Positions 46,136 to 54,881 of a stretch of 64,000 nt of DNA are shown here, piece after piece. Each line of letters opens with the position of its first letter. Position 1 is the stretch's first letter. Below the pieces are notes generated by a model. The model did not search any database, had not been told where the DNA came from, and saw only the letters and a program-made list of their open reading frames with translations. The translations under genes were made by a program, and so were the position numbers. This DNA is from Escherichia phage AV109: the sequence record OR352939.1; one strand, written 5' to 3'.

Positions 46136-47092
46136 TTATTTGAAAGGTTTTACCATATGAAAATTTTCTTTAAACCGTTTGATGTAATCATTTTTGCCGA
46201 GCTTATGATACATAGCCACTACTTCATAATAGTTCTCGTATGCGTACTCACGGAACCAACCGGAGGTGATGCTTGTGCAGACTTTTTCTAATGCCATCAT
46301 GAAACTGGCTTCAGGGTTAATTTTAAAGTCATTAGGAATTTGAGAACGTTCTAATGCTAGTACACATGATTCTTCATATACACCAGCCAGTTTAATCATT
46401 TCGGGTAACGATTCGAACTTCTCGCGTGAGGTCATGACTTCAGAACCGTCTTTCATATAAAATGTATACGCTGGACGGTCTGTTAGTGCAATGGCTTCAT
46501 GAATAGTATCATGGTCATATGTATAGATGTCATCTTTAAAGAACGCACTTTTAGAAGTGTCAAGAACTGGGTGAGCATAGTTCAAGGTTTCTTTCTGGCG
46601 TTTCAGCATAATTTCAGTAAGTTCATCGTTCAGTGTAACACCTTTACCACGAAGATACTGAATATGGTTCATAGTCTTTAAAAAGAATGGATTATTTTTC
46701 TTGAAACGATGAGACATCTTAATTGCAAGACCTATCTCAGGAGTTGCCCAGTAAAACCCGTTCAAACGGTCTTTAGACAAATTTTTCTTGGCGTATTTTA
46801 AAAGGTCATAAGAAGACGTGAAATCTTCAGGAGTGAGTTCACCGACTAATTCACGGACATTAGTGATTGCCGGAACAATATATGCTTCAAAATGAGTTTC
46901 GCGTCCATTATGGAAGCATTTGAAAACTTGGACATCAGGGTTATCTTGGTGAACATATACACCCATCATTTGATTTTTGAATGCATTCCAAGAACCTTGG
47001 TCCGCAATAAAGTCCCAATCGCTATTTTTGATAGCGCTAGAATCAATAAGACCATGATAGTGAAGTGCACGAGAACCAATAACTAACATCAT
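46136..47092 (-). CDS. hypothetical protein with N-terminal nucleotidyltransferase-like signature (318 aa)
   Basis: VIGSRALHYHGLIDSSAIKNSDWDFI fits the GS...DxD pattern; weak. Confidence 0.4.
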   Translation of the reverse strand: MMLVIGSRALHYHGLIDSSAIKNSDWDFIADQGSWNAFKNQMMGVYVHQDNPDVQVFKCFHNGRETHFEAYIVPAITNVRELVGELTPEDFTSSYDLLKYAKKNLSKDRLNGFYWATPEIGLAIKMSHRFKKNNPFFLKTMNHIQYLRGKGVTLNDELTEIMLKRQKETLNYAHPVLDTSKSAFFKDDIYTYDHDTIHEAIALTDRPAYTFYMKDGSEVMTSREKFESLPEMIKLAGVYEESCVLALERSQIPNDFKINPEASFMMALEKVCTSITSGWFREYAYENYYEVVAMYHKLGKNDYIKRFKENFHMVKPFK

Positions 47093-47120
47093 AATATTTT
47101 CCTCGGATTAATTCATTAAC

Positions 47121-47360
47121 TTAAATTTCACGACATGCGATATTATATTCGTCCCAGAGGTCATCGTGTGAAGCCTCTACCAATGGAACGATTGTACCGT
47201 TTATGTCTTCATTATAAGGGCAAATTGTACAGTGCGCATCTTCGAATCGGATGCCTTTGTGTTCAGATTTTTTATAACGCATATCGAATATCTTTGCAAA
47301 CTTTTCACGAGTAATGGTTTTAGCAACCACTTTGGTTCCGATACTTTCGTAATAAATCAT
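47121..47360 (-). CDS. hypothetical protein (about 79 aa)
   Basis: Second ATG with SD GGAG is the likely start; track ORF starts at 47372. Confidence 0.4.
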   Translation of the reverse strand: MIYYESIGTKVVAKTITREKFAKIFDMRYKKSEHKGIRFEDAHCTICPYNEDINGTIVPLVEASHDDLWDEYNIACREI

Positions 47361-47388
47361 TGTGGACTCCATTTGTTTTGATAGGACT

Positions 47389-47418
47389 ACTGTAACATAG
47401 CCCTATCTTGTTGTAAAC
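47389..47418 (-). promoter_or_regulatory. T4-type early promoter
   Basis: Minus strand GTTTAC, 18 nt, TACAGT; ataggactactgtaacatagccctat core. Confidence 0.45.
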
Positions 47419-47422
47419 TGTT

Positions 47423-47620
47423 TTAGCAAGAATAACTAGATGATACCCAGCCTTGAACAGTGATACTATTGTGGGATAATGAGATCGCGTCCTGGAGATT
47501 CAGACCTGCGTTATCTTCAATCCATAATGTAACTTCTTCGCGTTCTTCTGTTGCAATTTGGAACAGGTTTTCCAGAGCAGCTACTGCCGTACGTACAGCA
47601 CAATCTAATTCACGAGACAT
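47423..47620 (-). CDS. small protein, member 1 of a tandem paralog trio with C-terminal GxWVxSSxxC tail
   Basis: 65 aa ending VQGWVSSSYSC. Confidence 0.5.
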   Translation of the reverse strand: MSRELDCAVRTAVAALENLFQIATEEREEVTLWIEDNAGLNLQDAISLSHNSITVQGWVSSSYSC

Positions 47621-47629
47621 ATGGTTTCC

Positions 47630-47902
47630 TTAGCAAGTGTGAGAAGATGCGACCCAACCGCCATCTTCAAGGCTCAGGTTGTAGTCGTATTGGTAAACGT
47701 CAGCCCATTCAGCCTGGCCGTTTTTTGTACAACGTTCAAGATCGGCTTTAAGATGTCCGGGTGAATGATAGGTTCCACCCATACCATAAGCTGGATACAA
47801 GTCAAATGTTGTGTTTTGTTTATCAGCAATTTCTTTGGCAGCCTCAATAGCTGCATAGATTTTTGCTACAGCTTCAGCCAGTTCGGTTTGTTCTTTAGAC
47901 AT
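47630..47902 (-). CDS. small protein, member 2 of the tandem trio
   Basis: 90 aa ending DGGWVASSHTC; stop followed by AAGGAAACC SD of next gene. Confidence 0.5.
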   Translation of the reverse strand: MSKEQTELAEAVAKIYAAIEAAKEIADKQNTTFDLYPAYGMGGTYHSPGHLKADLERCTKNGQAEWADVYQYDYNLSLEDGGWVASSHTC

Positions 47903-47911
47903 AACTATTCC

Positions 47912-48223
47912 TTAGCACAACGCAGAAGACGAAACCCAAGCACCATCTTTCTCTTCTACCCTTGATTTATCCCAAGAAATACTAATATATGATTCGCCAT
48001 CAATAGAAGTCGCCGGGTTTTTCTCTACTGTAAGACCTTCACTTTCCAGCCATTCAATAGTATTTGCGCATAAATCTGAAGAACACCTCATCGGAAACCG
48101 GCAAGATTTTTCACCTTTAGATGCTGCATCGTACATCTTTTCCAAAATACGCTTTTGCACGTTTTTAAAAATAGTTTCAGCAGATTCTTCAGATTTTTTA
48201 TTCAGTTCAGTGTAAAGACTCAT
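47912..48223 (-). CDS. small protein, member 3 of the tandem trio
   Basis: 103 aa ending DGAWVSSSALC; SD AGAGGAAAA. Confidence 0.5.
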   Translation of the reverse strand: MSLYTELNKKSEESAETIFKNVQKRILEKMYDAASKGEKSCRFPMRCSSDLCANTIEWLESEGLTVEKNPATSIDGESYISISWDKSRVEEKDGAWVSSSALC

Positions 48224-48251
48224 AACATTTTCCTCTATGGTTGATAAGTCT

Positions 48252-48280
48252 ATAGTATCATGTCCTTAGAAGAAGTAAAC
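48252..48280 (-). promoter_or_regulatory. T4-type early promoter
   Basis: Minus strand GTTTAC, 17 nt, TACTAT, SD AGAGGAAAA, ATG 48223. Confidence 0.5.
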
Positions 48281-48312
48281 ATCTTTATGAAATATTTTTA
48301 TGCCCTAGATAC

Positions 48313-48340
48313 CAAAAGGCCCCAACCATAAGGAAGGGGC
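48313..48340 (-). terminator. rho-independent terminator, copy 3
   Basis: ggccccaacc-ataa-ggaaggggc hairpin with minus-strand U-run, downstream of the 48347 gene. Confidence 0.5.
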
Positions 48341-48346
48341 ATTCTA

Positions 48347-48811
48347 TTATTTAATTTGTTTAGCAGACCAGATACGGTCTTTAATAAGTTTTTGGATATC
48401 TTCAACATACTCAAGGCTATGAGCGTGAGGATTATCTTTGAAGCTATGTGCTCGTGCCAGTTTCTGTCCTTCTGTTTTGATTACTAAAAGCTCTTTAAGA
48501 ATTGCTTCATACTTAGAAATAATTCCTTTGGCGATATTTTTTTCTTGAGCTGCTTTAGGGTCCACTTTTGGCGCAGGTGCTTTACCTGTAGCTTTCTGGA
48601 ACAATTCACCTGATGCAGCTAGGCTTTTAAAAACTCGGCTAACAGTATTAGCATTAGTAAAACCTTCGGCTTTAAAATCTCTAATAAAACGGAAACGTTC
48701 TTCATCAGAGGCGTCTTTGTAAGAATATTTACCTGCTTGAATTGCTGCAATCGCAGCGGCTTTTACATCTGAACTAGATTGTTCAGTCAAAAATTCAGCG
48801 TATGATTTCAT
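48347..48811 (-). CDS. internal-protein-like, leader MKSYAEFLTEQ
   Basis: 154 aa; Ala/Lys-rich. Confidence 0.55.
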   Translation of the reverse strand: MKSYAEFLTEQSSSDVKAAAIAAIQAGKYSYKDASDEERFRFIRDFKAEGFTNANTVSRVFKSLAASGELFQKATGKAPAPKVDPKAAQEKNIAKGIISKYEAILKELLVIKTEGQKLARAHSFKDNPHAHSLEYVEDIQKLIKDRIWSAKQIK

Positions 48812-48854
48812 GTTGCTTTTCCTAAGTTAATTAACTTATCTATTTATTATTATG

Positions 48855-48883
48855 CCAAAAAGCCCCGACCTTTCGGAAGGGGC
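48855..48883 (-). terminator. rho-independent terminator, copy 4, downstream of the tRNA region
   Basis: gccccgacc-tttc-ggaaggggc hairpin with minus-strand U-run. Confidence 0.55.
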
Positions 48884-48894
48884 TAAGCCTTGCG

Positions 48895-49010
48895 GCAACC
48901 TTGTCGGGGTTCCACCTGCTAAGGCAAGTGTTTGTACGAAACGCCGGGATTCGAACCAAGATAAAGGAGTTAACAGCTCCCAGTAATAACCTTTATACGA
49001 TGCACCATTT
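48895..49010 (-). other. tRNA-like remnant or small stable RNA candidate adjacent to the tRNA
   Basis: Minus strand has canonical T-loop GGTTCGAATCC and an anticodon-like stem-loop GGGAG-CTGTTAA-CTCCT, but I could not fold a clean acceptor/D/T cloverleaf. Confidence 0.25.
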
Positions 49011-49013
49011 GTT

Positions 49014-49088
49014 TGGTGGCCCTGGCTGGTTTCGATCCAGCTACCTATCAGTTATGAGCTGACAGCTCTCCCATTGAGCTACAGGGCC
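49014..49088 (-). tRNA. tRNA with CAT anticodon (Met or lysidine-type Ile)
   Basis: Hand-folded cloverleaf: 7-bp acceptor GGCCCTG/CAGGGCC, D-stem GCTC/GAGC, anticodon stem GTCAG/CTGAT with loop CTCATAA, T-stem GCTGG/CCAGC, encoded CCA. Confidence 0.85.
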
Positions 49089-49184
49089 TAAATAACTTTC
49101 TATTATGAAAGGCACTTGAGGGAGCACCTTTGGTAATAGAGGGTAGATTAATAATAACACATAATTCTTAAAGCAAATTACGTT

Positions 49185-49475
49185 TTACCGTACCATATTA
49201 ATGTAGTTATATTCAATGCAACGTAATTTCAAAGGGTTCTTGAAAATATCATATTCAAGAGGGCCTTTTTCTGTTTCAATAAAGAAATCAAAGTTAACTG
49301 TGTTAAATTTAACGTCTTCACAGAGTAATTTAACTTGTGAAGATGAACGGTCGATATAAACCTTTTCAACCTCAAAGATAGTCAGAATACCGTAGTCATT
49401 AACCAGTGCTTTAGCTGCACGTTGGTCGCTTTCATATCCGTTCTCAATGGACGATACTTTAGCATAAAGAATCAT
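49185..49475 (-). CDS. hypothetical protein (96 aa)
   Basis: ORF. Confidence 0.45.
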   Translation of the reverse strand: MILYAKVSSIENGYESDQRAAKALVNDYGILTIFEVEKVYIDRSSSQVKLLCEDVKFNTVNFDFFIETEKGPLEYDIFKNPLKLRCIEYNYINMVR

Positions 49476-49834
49476 GAATGTTCCACCATTTCAAAGGTAT
49501 GAGCATCAACAATATGATACCAGTCAAAATTTTCTTCCGCGTTTTTATAAATTTCGCGAAGAGCTTCAACAGTTTTTCCTGTAGCAACAAGATCGTCAAT
49601 ACCACCAAGAGGATAACAGTAATAACCAGCAAACAGAAGGAAATTAATAGTTTCTGTAGGTTCTGGATGCAGAACACCGTTATCATCTACCACTTCAAAG
49701 AAAGTGTAAGAAGGAGTACAAGTTTTAATCCAAGCCCATGCTTGGGCTGCTGAATCAAATGGTCTGCGTATCAAACGACAATCAGGGTCTTTAGAAGGAT
49801 TTGCGTCAAAATCTGCATATACATGATATTTCAT
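49472..49834 (-). CDS. hypothetical protein (120 aa)
   Basis: ORF; 4-nt overlap downstream. Confidence 0.5.
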   Translation of the reverse strand: MKYHVYADFDANPSKDPDCRLIRRPFDSAAQAWAWIKTCTPSYTFFEVVDDNGVLHPEPTETINFLLFAGYYCYPLGGIDDLVATGKTVEALREIYKNAEENFDWYHIVDAHTFEMVEHS

Positions 49835-50020
49835 TTACTCACCTTTTGCAATTTTATCCATAACGATAGCGATTAAGCCGATTAGAAATGCTACTACCAA
49901 TGAGATAGAATTTTCTGTTGTTGTCAGTAGTCCACAAATGAATCCTACAAACATCGAAAAACTAAAAGCCATTGAAGCAATTACTACAGCAACATTACGA
50001 ATCAGTTCAGCGCGTTTCAT
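49835..50020 (-). CDS. small membrane protein (about 61 aa)
   Basis: Internal Met with SD GGAG; hydrophobic VAVVIASMAFSFSMFVGFICGLL. Confidence 0.45.
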   Translation of the reverse strand: MKRAELIRNVAVVIASMAFSFSMFVGFICGLLTTTENSISLVVAFLIGLIAIVMDKIAKGE

Positions 50021-50057
50021 TTTATTTCTCCATTTACTCATTTGTTTTGATAGGACT

Positions 50058-50087
50058 ACTATAACATATCCCTATAGGCTTGTATAC
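50058..50087 (-). promoter_or_regulatory. early promoter variant (GTATAC -35, TATAGT -10)
   Basis: ataggactactataacatatccctat core. Confidence 0.45.
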
Positions 50088-50089
50088 CT

Positions 50090-50353
50090 TTATTTCAAAT
50101 ATATTGCGTATTTTTTATAGCCACCAGGCTCGTGTCGAAGACCTTTATCATTCGCAAAACGTTGAATGTTATTGAACTGATTTTCATCAAGTTCGGATGT
50201 GTCAAATACGAAAAAGTTTCGTTTGTTACCAAGCGTGATATGCGGAGTTAAGTCAATATTATACAAATTAAGAATATCAGCAATAACCTGATTGACCGCT
50301 TTGTTAATTTTCACACCAGATGATTCTGAGATGAATTCGTTGAAAGTTTTCAT
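50090..50353 (-). CDS. internal-protein-like, leader MKTFNEFISES
   Basis: Start at internal Met of track ORF 50090..50365. Confidence 0.55.
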   Translation of the reverse strand: MKTFNEFISESSGVKINKAVNQVIADILNLYNIDLTPHITLGNKRNFFVFDTSELDENQFNNIQRFANDKGLRHEPGGYKKYAIYLK

Positions 50354-50385
50354 TTTAGGTTCCATTTGGTTGTTTTGATAGGACT

Positions 50386-50415
50386 ACTATAACATAGTCC
50401 TATCGTGTTGTAAAT
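50386..50415 (-). promoter_or_regulatory. early promoter (ATTTAC -35, TATAGT -10) with ataggacta palindrome
   Basis: ataggactactataacatagtcctat core. Confidence 0.45.
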
Positions 50416-50726
50416 TATTTTATGCCTTTAGAAGAAATGGTATTTTGGCGTTTAACCCCTGTTTGTGAAAAATCGTGGTTATCGATTTGGTCGACTCGCA
50501 TAACACCAAATGCAGATTTAATTTTAGCCTTTGAACCTTTTTTGATACTAATTATCATATAAGTATCATTTTTCTTATATTCGAAATTTGTTACTTCAAC
50601 GCCTTGATTAGAAATTGACTTAATAATAGCATTAGCGTATTCATCATCTAACGGACCGGTGGTGTTAATAATAAAATTTTTATCGGCTTTAGTAGCTTCA
50701 GCGATAAACTCTTGATAAGTTTTCAT
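50415..50726 (-). CDS. internal protein (IPI-like position), leader MKTYQEFIAEA
   Basis: 103 aa; located just before 57B as ipI is in T4. Confidence 0.6.
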   Translation of the reverse strand: MKTYQEFIAEATKADKNFIINTTGPLDDEYANAIIKSISNQGVEVTNFEYKKNDTYMIISIKKGSKAKIKSAFGVMRVDQIDNHDFSQTGVKRQNTISSKGIK

Positions 50727-50763
50727 TTGTTTTTTCCGTTTGGTTTGTGATTTGATATGATGA

Positions 50764-50792
50764 TAGTATCACACCATCATCCTTATGTAAAC
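50764..50792 (-). promoter_or_regulatory. T4-type early promoter
   Basis: Minus strand GTTTAC, about 18 nt, TACTAT. Confidence 0.45.
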
Positions 50793-50805
50793 TGTTTTGT
50801 GAAAA

Positions 50806-51491
<686 letters not shown>

Positions 51492-51495
51492 TTTA

Positions 51496-52230
51496 TTACC
51501 TTAAGATTGTTTCAATTTTAGAATAAAGCTCTTCTAAAGAGCCGTCGTTTGTAATAACTAAATCGCCTTCTTCAATAGGCAACCCAGCTTCTGTAATATG
51601 TTTATCAGTGGATTCCGTACCAGAGCGAACCACATGAATAACTGTAGCACCCATCGCTCTAGCGGTTTCCATTTCATGGACTTGACGTGTATCGGTTACA
51701 ACATAGTAATCGAAATCACTTCCAATATAATCCATATAGTTTAATGCAAAAAGCTTAACCCAATACATACGGTCAAATAAATTAACGACAACATCCGTAC
51801 CGAGGGCTTGCATAAGACGGCGGATTGACCATGTGTCGTTGATATTATTTATAGCTTCACGCAGGGCTTCATATGGTTTAATATCTAGATACGAATATCC
51901 ACCTTCTAACGATGATAATACTTTAACATTATTAATTGGTAAATATTGACTTTGCAAATAAATTAGCGCTTCTTCCAATAATTCAATAACATCCAACTTA
52001 TTGATATTTAATGGCGTTTCACGGTCATATCCGATACCTTCAAAGTATTCGTATTTCAACTCTGTGAATACATCAGGATTTTCAGCATGCCTACGTCCCC
52101 AGGCTATTGCTAGAGAGTCTTTAATTGGATATGCTAATTGGTATTTTACGGATTTAAAGTTTGAATTGATGTAATCAGCAGTAGTGTCTTTACCACTACG
52201 TTTGATGCCACTTAAAAAGATTAGCTCCAT
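51496..52230 (-). CDS. 1: deoxynucleoside monophosphate kinase gp1
   Basis: 244 aa; MELIFLSGIKRSGKDTTADYI... WSIRRLMQALGTDVVVNLFDRMYWVKLFAL matches T4 gp1. Confidence 0.95.
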   Translation of the reverse strand: MELIFLSGIKRSGKDTTADYINSNFKSVKYQLAYPIKDSLAIAWGRRHAENPDVFTELKYEYFEGIGYDRETPLNINKLDVIELLEEALIYLQSQYLPINNVKVLSSLEGGYSYLDIKPYEALREAINNINDTWSIRRLMQALGTDVVVNLFDRMYWVKLFALNYMDYIGSDFDYYVVTDTRQVHEMETARAMGATVIHVVRSGTESTDKHITEAGLPIEEGDLVITNDGSLEELYSKIETILR

Positions 52231-52283
52231 AGGTTTTCCTCATATAATTTATGAGTGATTATAACATACGGAGCTAGAAGCGA

Positions 52284-52868
52284 TTAACGCAAGGAAGGGT
52301 GTCTAGAAATGGATTTAGATTCGACCGCTTGACGTGGTTGTTGAGATACAATGACTTCACCATCCTTTTCTATCGTCATATACGCATAGTGAATAGTTGC
52401 TACGCACGTAACGGCAGGGTCAGAATCTTCAGTGTAACTAAATTCAATTTCACTCAAATCAGAAATCCATGGTTTATAGAAATTTGCCGTCAAAACTACT
52501 TCTGTCTTATTGTTATTTAAAATGTGCAAAGTAACAAACTCAGGACCATCGGAGTGGGCCGTATTATGTCCGGTTATATAGTTATTAGTGCTGAGCATCC
52601 ATTTATACATGTTCATCCAGGACGTCATGTCTTCATCAACTATAAATCGTACAACAAAAGGGTCATATTCAAATGTGGTGCCTGCACGCATTGCACGTCC
52701 TAACCCCATCGTGCCTGTCACAGTTTCAACAACAGGAATTCTCACACCTGGCAACGGTGCCGTTTGGGCATTGAGCACAAAACCTGAAGTTCGTGTACTA
52801 TCTGGGATATCCACAACAAAGTTTGTTATATTTGTTTGGTTAAAAATCTGTCTCGTTGGACGAGTCAT
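52284..52868 (-). CDS. 3: tail completion/sheath stabilizer gp3
   Basis: MTRPTRQIFNQ start with SD GAGGTG; T4 gene order 1-3-2-4. Confidence 0.8.
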   Translation of the reverse strand: MTRPTRQIFNQTNITNFVVDIPDSTRTSGFVLNAQTAPLPGVRIPVVETVTGTMGLGRAMRAGTTFEYDPFVVRFIVDEDMTSWMNMYKWMLSTNNYITGHNTAHSDGPEFVTLHILNNNKTEVVLTANFYKPWISDLSEIEFSYTEDSDPAVTCVATIHYAYMTIEKDGEVIVSQQPRQAVESKSISRHPSLR

Positions 52869-52970
52869 AAGCACCTCAAAAACGCTTTAATAAAAATGCA
52901 GTATAATGGTTTTAGGTCTCTTCCATTAATCTGGTTCAACAGAATATCAGAAGAACGGAAGAGAATAGAA

Positions 52971-53792
52971 TTAAGATTTCCAAACAGTATTCGCAGAGAA
53001 ACGTTTTCCTTTTGACATAAACTGCTGAGTAGGTAACATGATTATGTTAGCCCAGTCTTTAGGAGCTATTTCTGTTATTGTTCCTCTAATGTGGCCTGGC
53101 AGGTATGCTTTAATCATTTTGTCAGCACCTTGAAATCCTTTCACCTTGCTCCAGTCTATCTTCAACTTTGTGTTATTAGTAATAGTAGTTGTGCTAGCAT
53201 ATTGCTTCAGCAATTCTTCAAGAAACTGTTGTCGTGCTTTAGGTGGGATATAGTGCAAGTTTAACCCATACATCAAATTATGTTTACCTAATCCTAAATA
53301 AATAATCAAAGGATAACGGTCCCAGTATGGCAGAGTATCTTTATGTTTAGCATCATACACGTAAGTATAAATTTTGCCTGGCGTAGGCTTGACTACTTTA
53401 TGACCTTTTACACTTTTCTTAATTGTTTCAACAAACCACTTAGATGATTTGTTGTTTACTGCTGCGCCTTCATTTCTAATCTTTTCTCGTATTGAACTGC
53501 GAAACGAGTTTATCATCAGAAGTTGACGTTCTTGCTTATTGAGTTTATTTTTAGGTTTAGATTCAAGCGTTTCAATTTTCTGTGCAGTCTTAATAGATGA
53601 TGCATATCTAGACATTGCAGATGTAAACGACGAGTATTTTATTCCTTTTGATTCTGCAAATGCTTTTGCAGTGATTCCTTTCTCTTTAGCTTTCTTGTAT
53701 TCTAATCCTATCTCAATCCATTTTCTTTCATTCATAGACTGAGCAATCTTAGGGGCTTGTGCGCCTTCAGATATAATTTGGAATATGCTCAT
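52971..53792 (-). CDS. 2: DNA end-protector protein gp2
   Basis: 273 aa; size and position match T4 gp2. Confidence 0.85.
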   Translation of the reverse strand: MSIFQIISEGAQAPKIAQSMNERKWIEIGLEYKKAKEKGITAKAFAESKGIKYSSFTSAMSRYASSIKTAQKIETLESKPKNKLNKQERQLLMINSFRSSIREKIRNEGAAVNNKSSKWFVETIKKSVKGHKVVKPTPGKIYTYVYDAKHKDTLPYWDRYPLIIYLGLGKHNLMYGLNLHYIPPKARQQFLEELLKQYASTTTITNNTKLKIDWSKVKGFQGADKMIKAYLPGHIRGTITEIAPKDWANIIMLPTQQFMSKGKRFSANTVWKS

Positions 53793-53794
53793 AA

Positions 53795-54244
53795 TTACCC
53801 CTTGTATCCGAGTTTTCTAAGTCCGTCTTCGGTTAGAACTCGAAATTTTATATTTCTCTTTTCAGCAACAGCTGAGGCAGCTTTCCATTTGTCACAGTTC
53901 ACAGACCAGGTATATATTTCATTCATATAACGTTTCTTTGCTGCGGTCGTAAGATTTGCGGGCTTAATAGGTGGCTGAGTTTCTTTCTTTGGTTTTATTT
54001 CTACAAAAAACTCTTGACCTGATGCATCTTTCATCCATATGTCCATATAGTATCGACGTTTCTTACCTTCAGCATTACAAAAATATGGAATTACTGCTGT
54101 TTCACTACCCCATGCAATAATTTCTGGATTTTTATCCAACCATTCGAAAAAGAATTTTTCCCAGTTTGAACGATACGTTATTTTGGTATGGTCTCCACGG
54201 TATTTTTTTAAATTTTTTGGGACCCATTTACCAGAGTAGGCCAT
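53795..54244 (-). CDS. 4: head completion protein gp4
   Basis: [48 protein letters not shown] matches T4 gp4; SD AAGGAGG; track ORF extends upstream. Confidence 0.88.
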   Translation of the reverse strand: MAYSGKWVPKNLKKYRGDHTKITYRSNWEKFFFEWLDKNPEIIAWGSETAVIPYFCNAEGKKRRYYMDIWMKDASGQEFFVEIKPKKETQPPIKPANLTTAAKKRYMNEIYTWSVNCDKWKAASAVAEKRNIKFRVLTEDGLRKLGYKG

Positions 54245-54255
54245 GTTGTCCTCCT

Positions 54256-54263
54256 TATAAATA
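54256..54263 (+). promoter_or_regulatory. late promoter TATAAATA for gene 53
   Basis: Exact TATAAATA about 43 nt upstream of gene 53 start. Confidence 0.5.
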
Positions 54264-54270
54264 GTATTAT

Positions 54271-54278
54271 TATTTATA
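54271..54278 (-). promoter_or_regulatory. late promoter TATAAATA for gene 4 (divergent from the gene 53 promoter)
   Basis: Exact TATAAATA on minus strand about 27 nt upstream of gp4 ATG. Confidence 0.5.
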
Positions 54279-54305
54279 CCAATTTCATATTGGAAGGAGA
54301 CTATC

Positions 54306-54881
54306 TTGTTATTTACATTCTTCGACCCAATAGGATATAGTGCTAAAACAGTTAATAAGAATGCACCTACTATTCCTATGACAGACATATTTCGTAACTA
54401 TAAAGAGTACTTTAAGCGTGTGGCTGCCAATTATAGATTACGTTCTTATTACATTAAAGGCTCTCCACGTCCTGAAGAACTAGCGAATATCATTTATGGC
54501 AACCCGCAATTATACTGGGTTCTTTTGATGTGCAACGATAACTACGACCCGTATTATGGTTGGATTACATCTCAGGAAGCAGCGTATCAAGCTTCTATTC
54601 AGAAATATGCTAATGCAGGCGGCAACCAAATTCTTTACCATATTAATGAGAACCGTGAGAAATTTTACAATTTAGTTTCATATCCAGACGAGCCTTTAGT
54701 GTGGTACGATAAAGGTGATGAAGCTCGTAAGTATCCGCAATATAAAGGACCTTTAGCTGCAGTAGATACTTATGAAGCGGCAGTATTAGATAATGAAAAA
54801 CTTCGTAAAATAAAAATTGTTGCAAAAGAAGATATAAACTCGTTTATCACAGATTTGATTCGTGAGATGGAGATTGCATAA
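54306..54881 (+). CDS. 53: baseplate wedge protein gp53
   Basis: 191 aa; MLFTFFDPIGYSAKTVNKNAPTIPMTDIFRNYKEYFKR matches T4 gp53; start codon appears to be TTG with SD GGAGA. Confidence 0.9.
   Translation: MLFTFFDPIGYSAKTVNKNAPTIPMTDIFRNYKEYFKRVAANYRLRSYYIKGSPRPEELANIIYGNPQLYWVLLMCNDNYDPYYGWITSQEAAYQASIQKYANAGGNQILYHINENREKFYNLVSYPDEPLVWYDKGDEARKYPQYKGPLAAVDTYEAAVLDNEKLRKIKIVAKEDINSFITDLIREMEIA

Noticed and set aside
48895-49010. Second intact tRNA next to tRNA(CAT)
   Set aside because: T-loop and anticodon-like hairpin are present but no acceptor or D stem pairing could be built by hand; kept only as a low-confidence tRNA-like remnant
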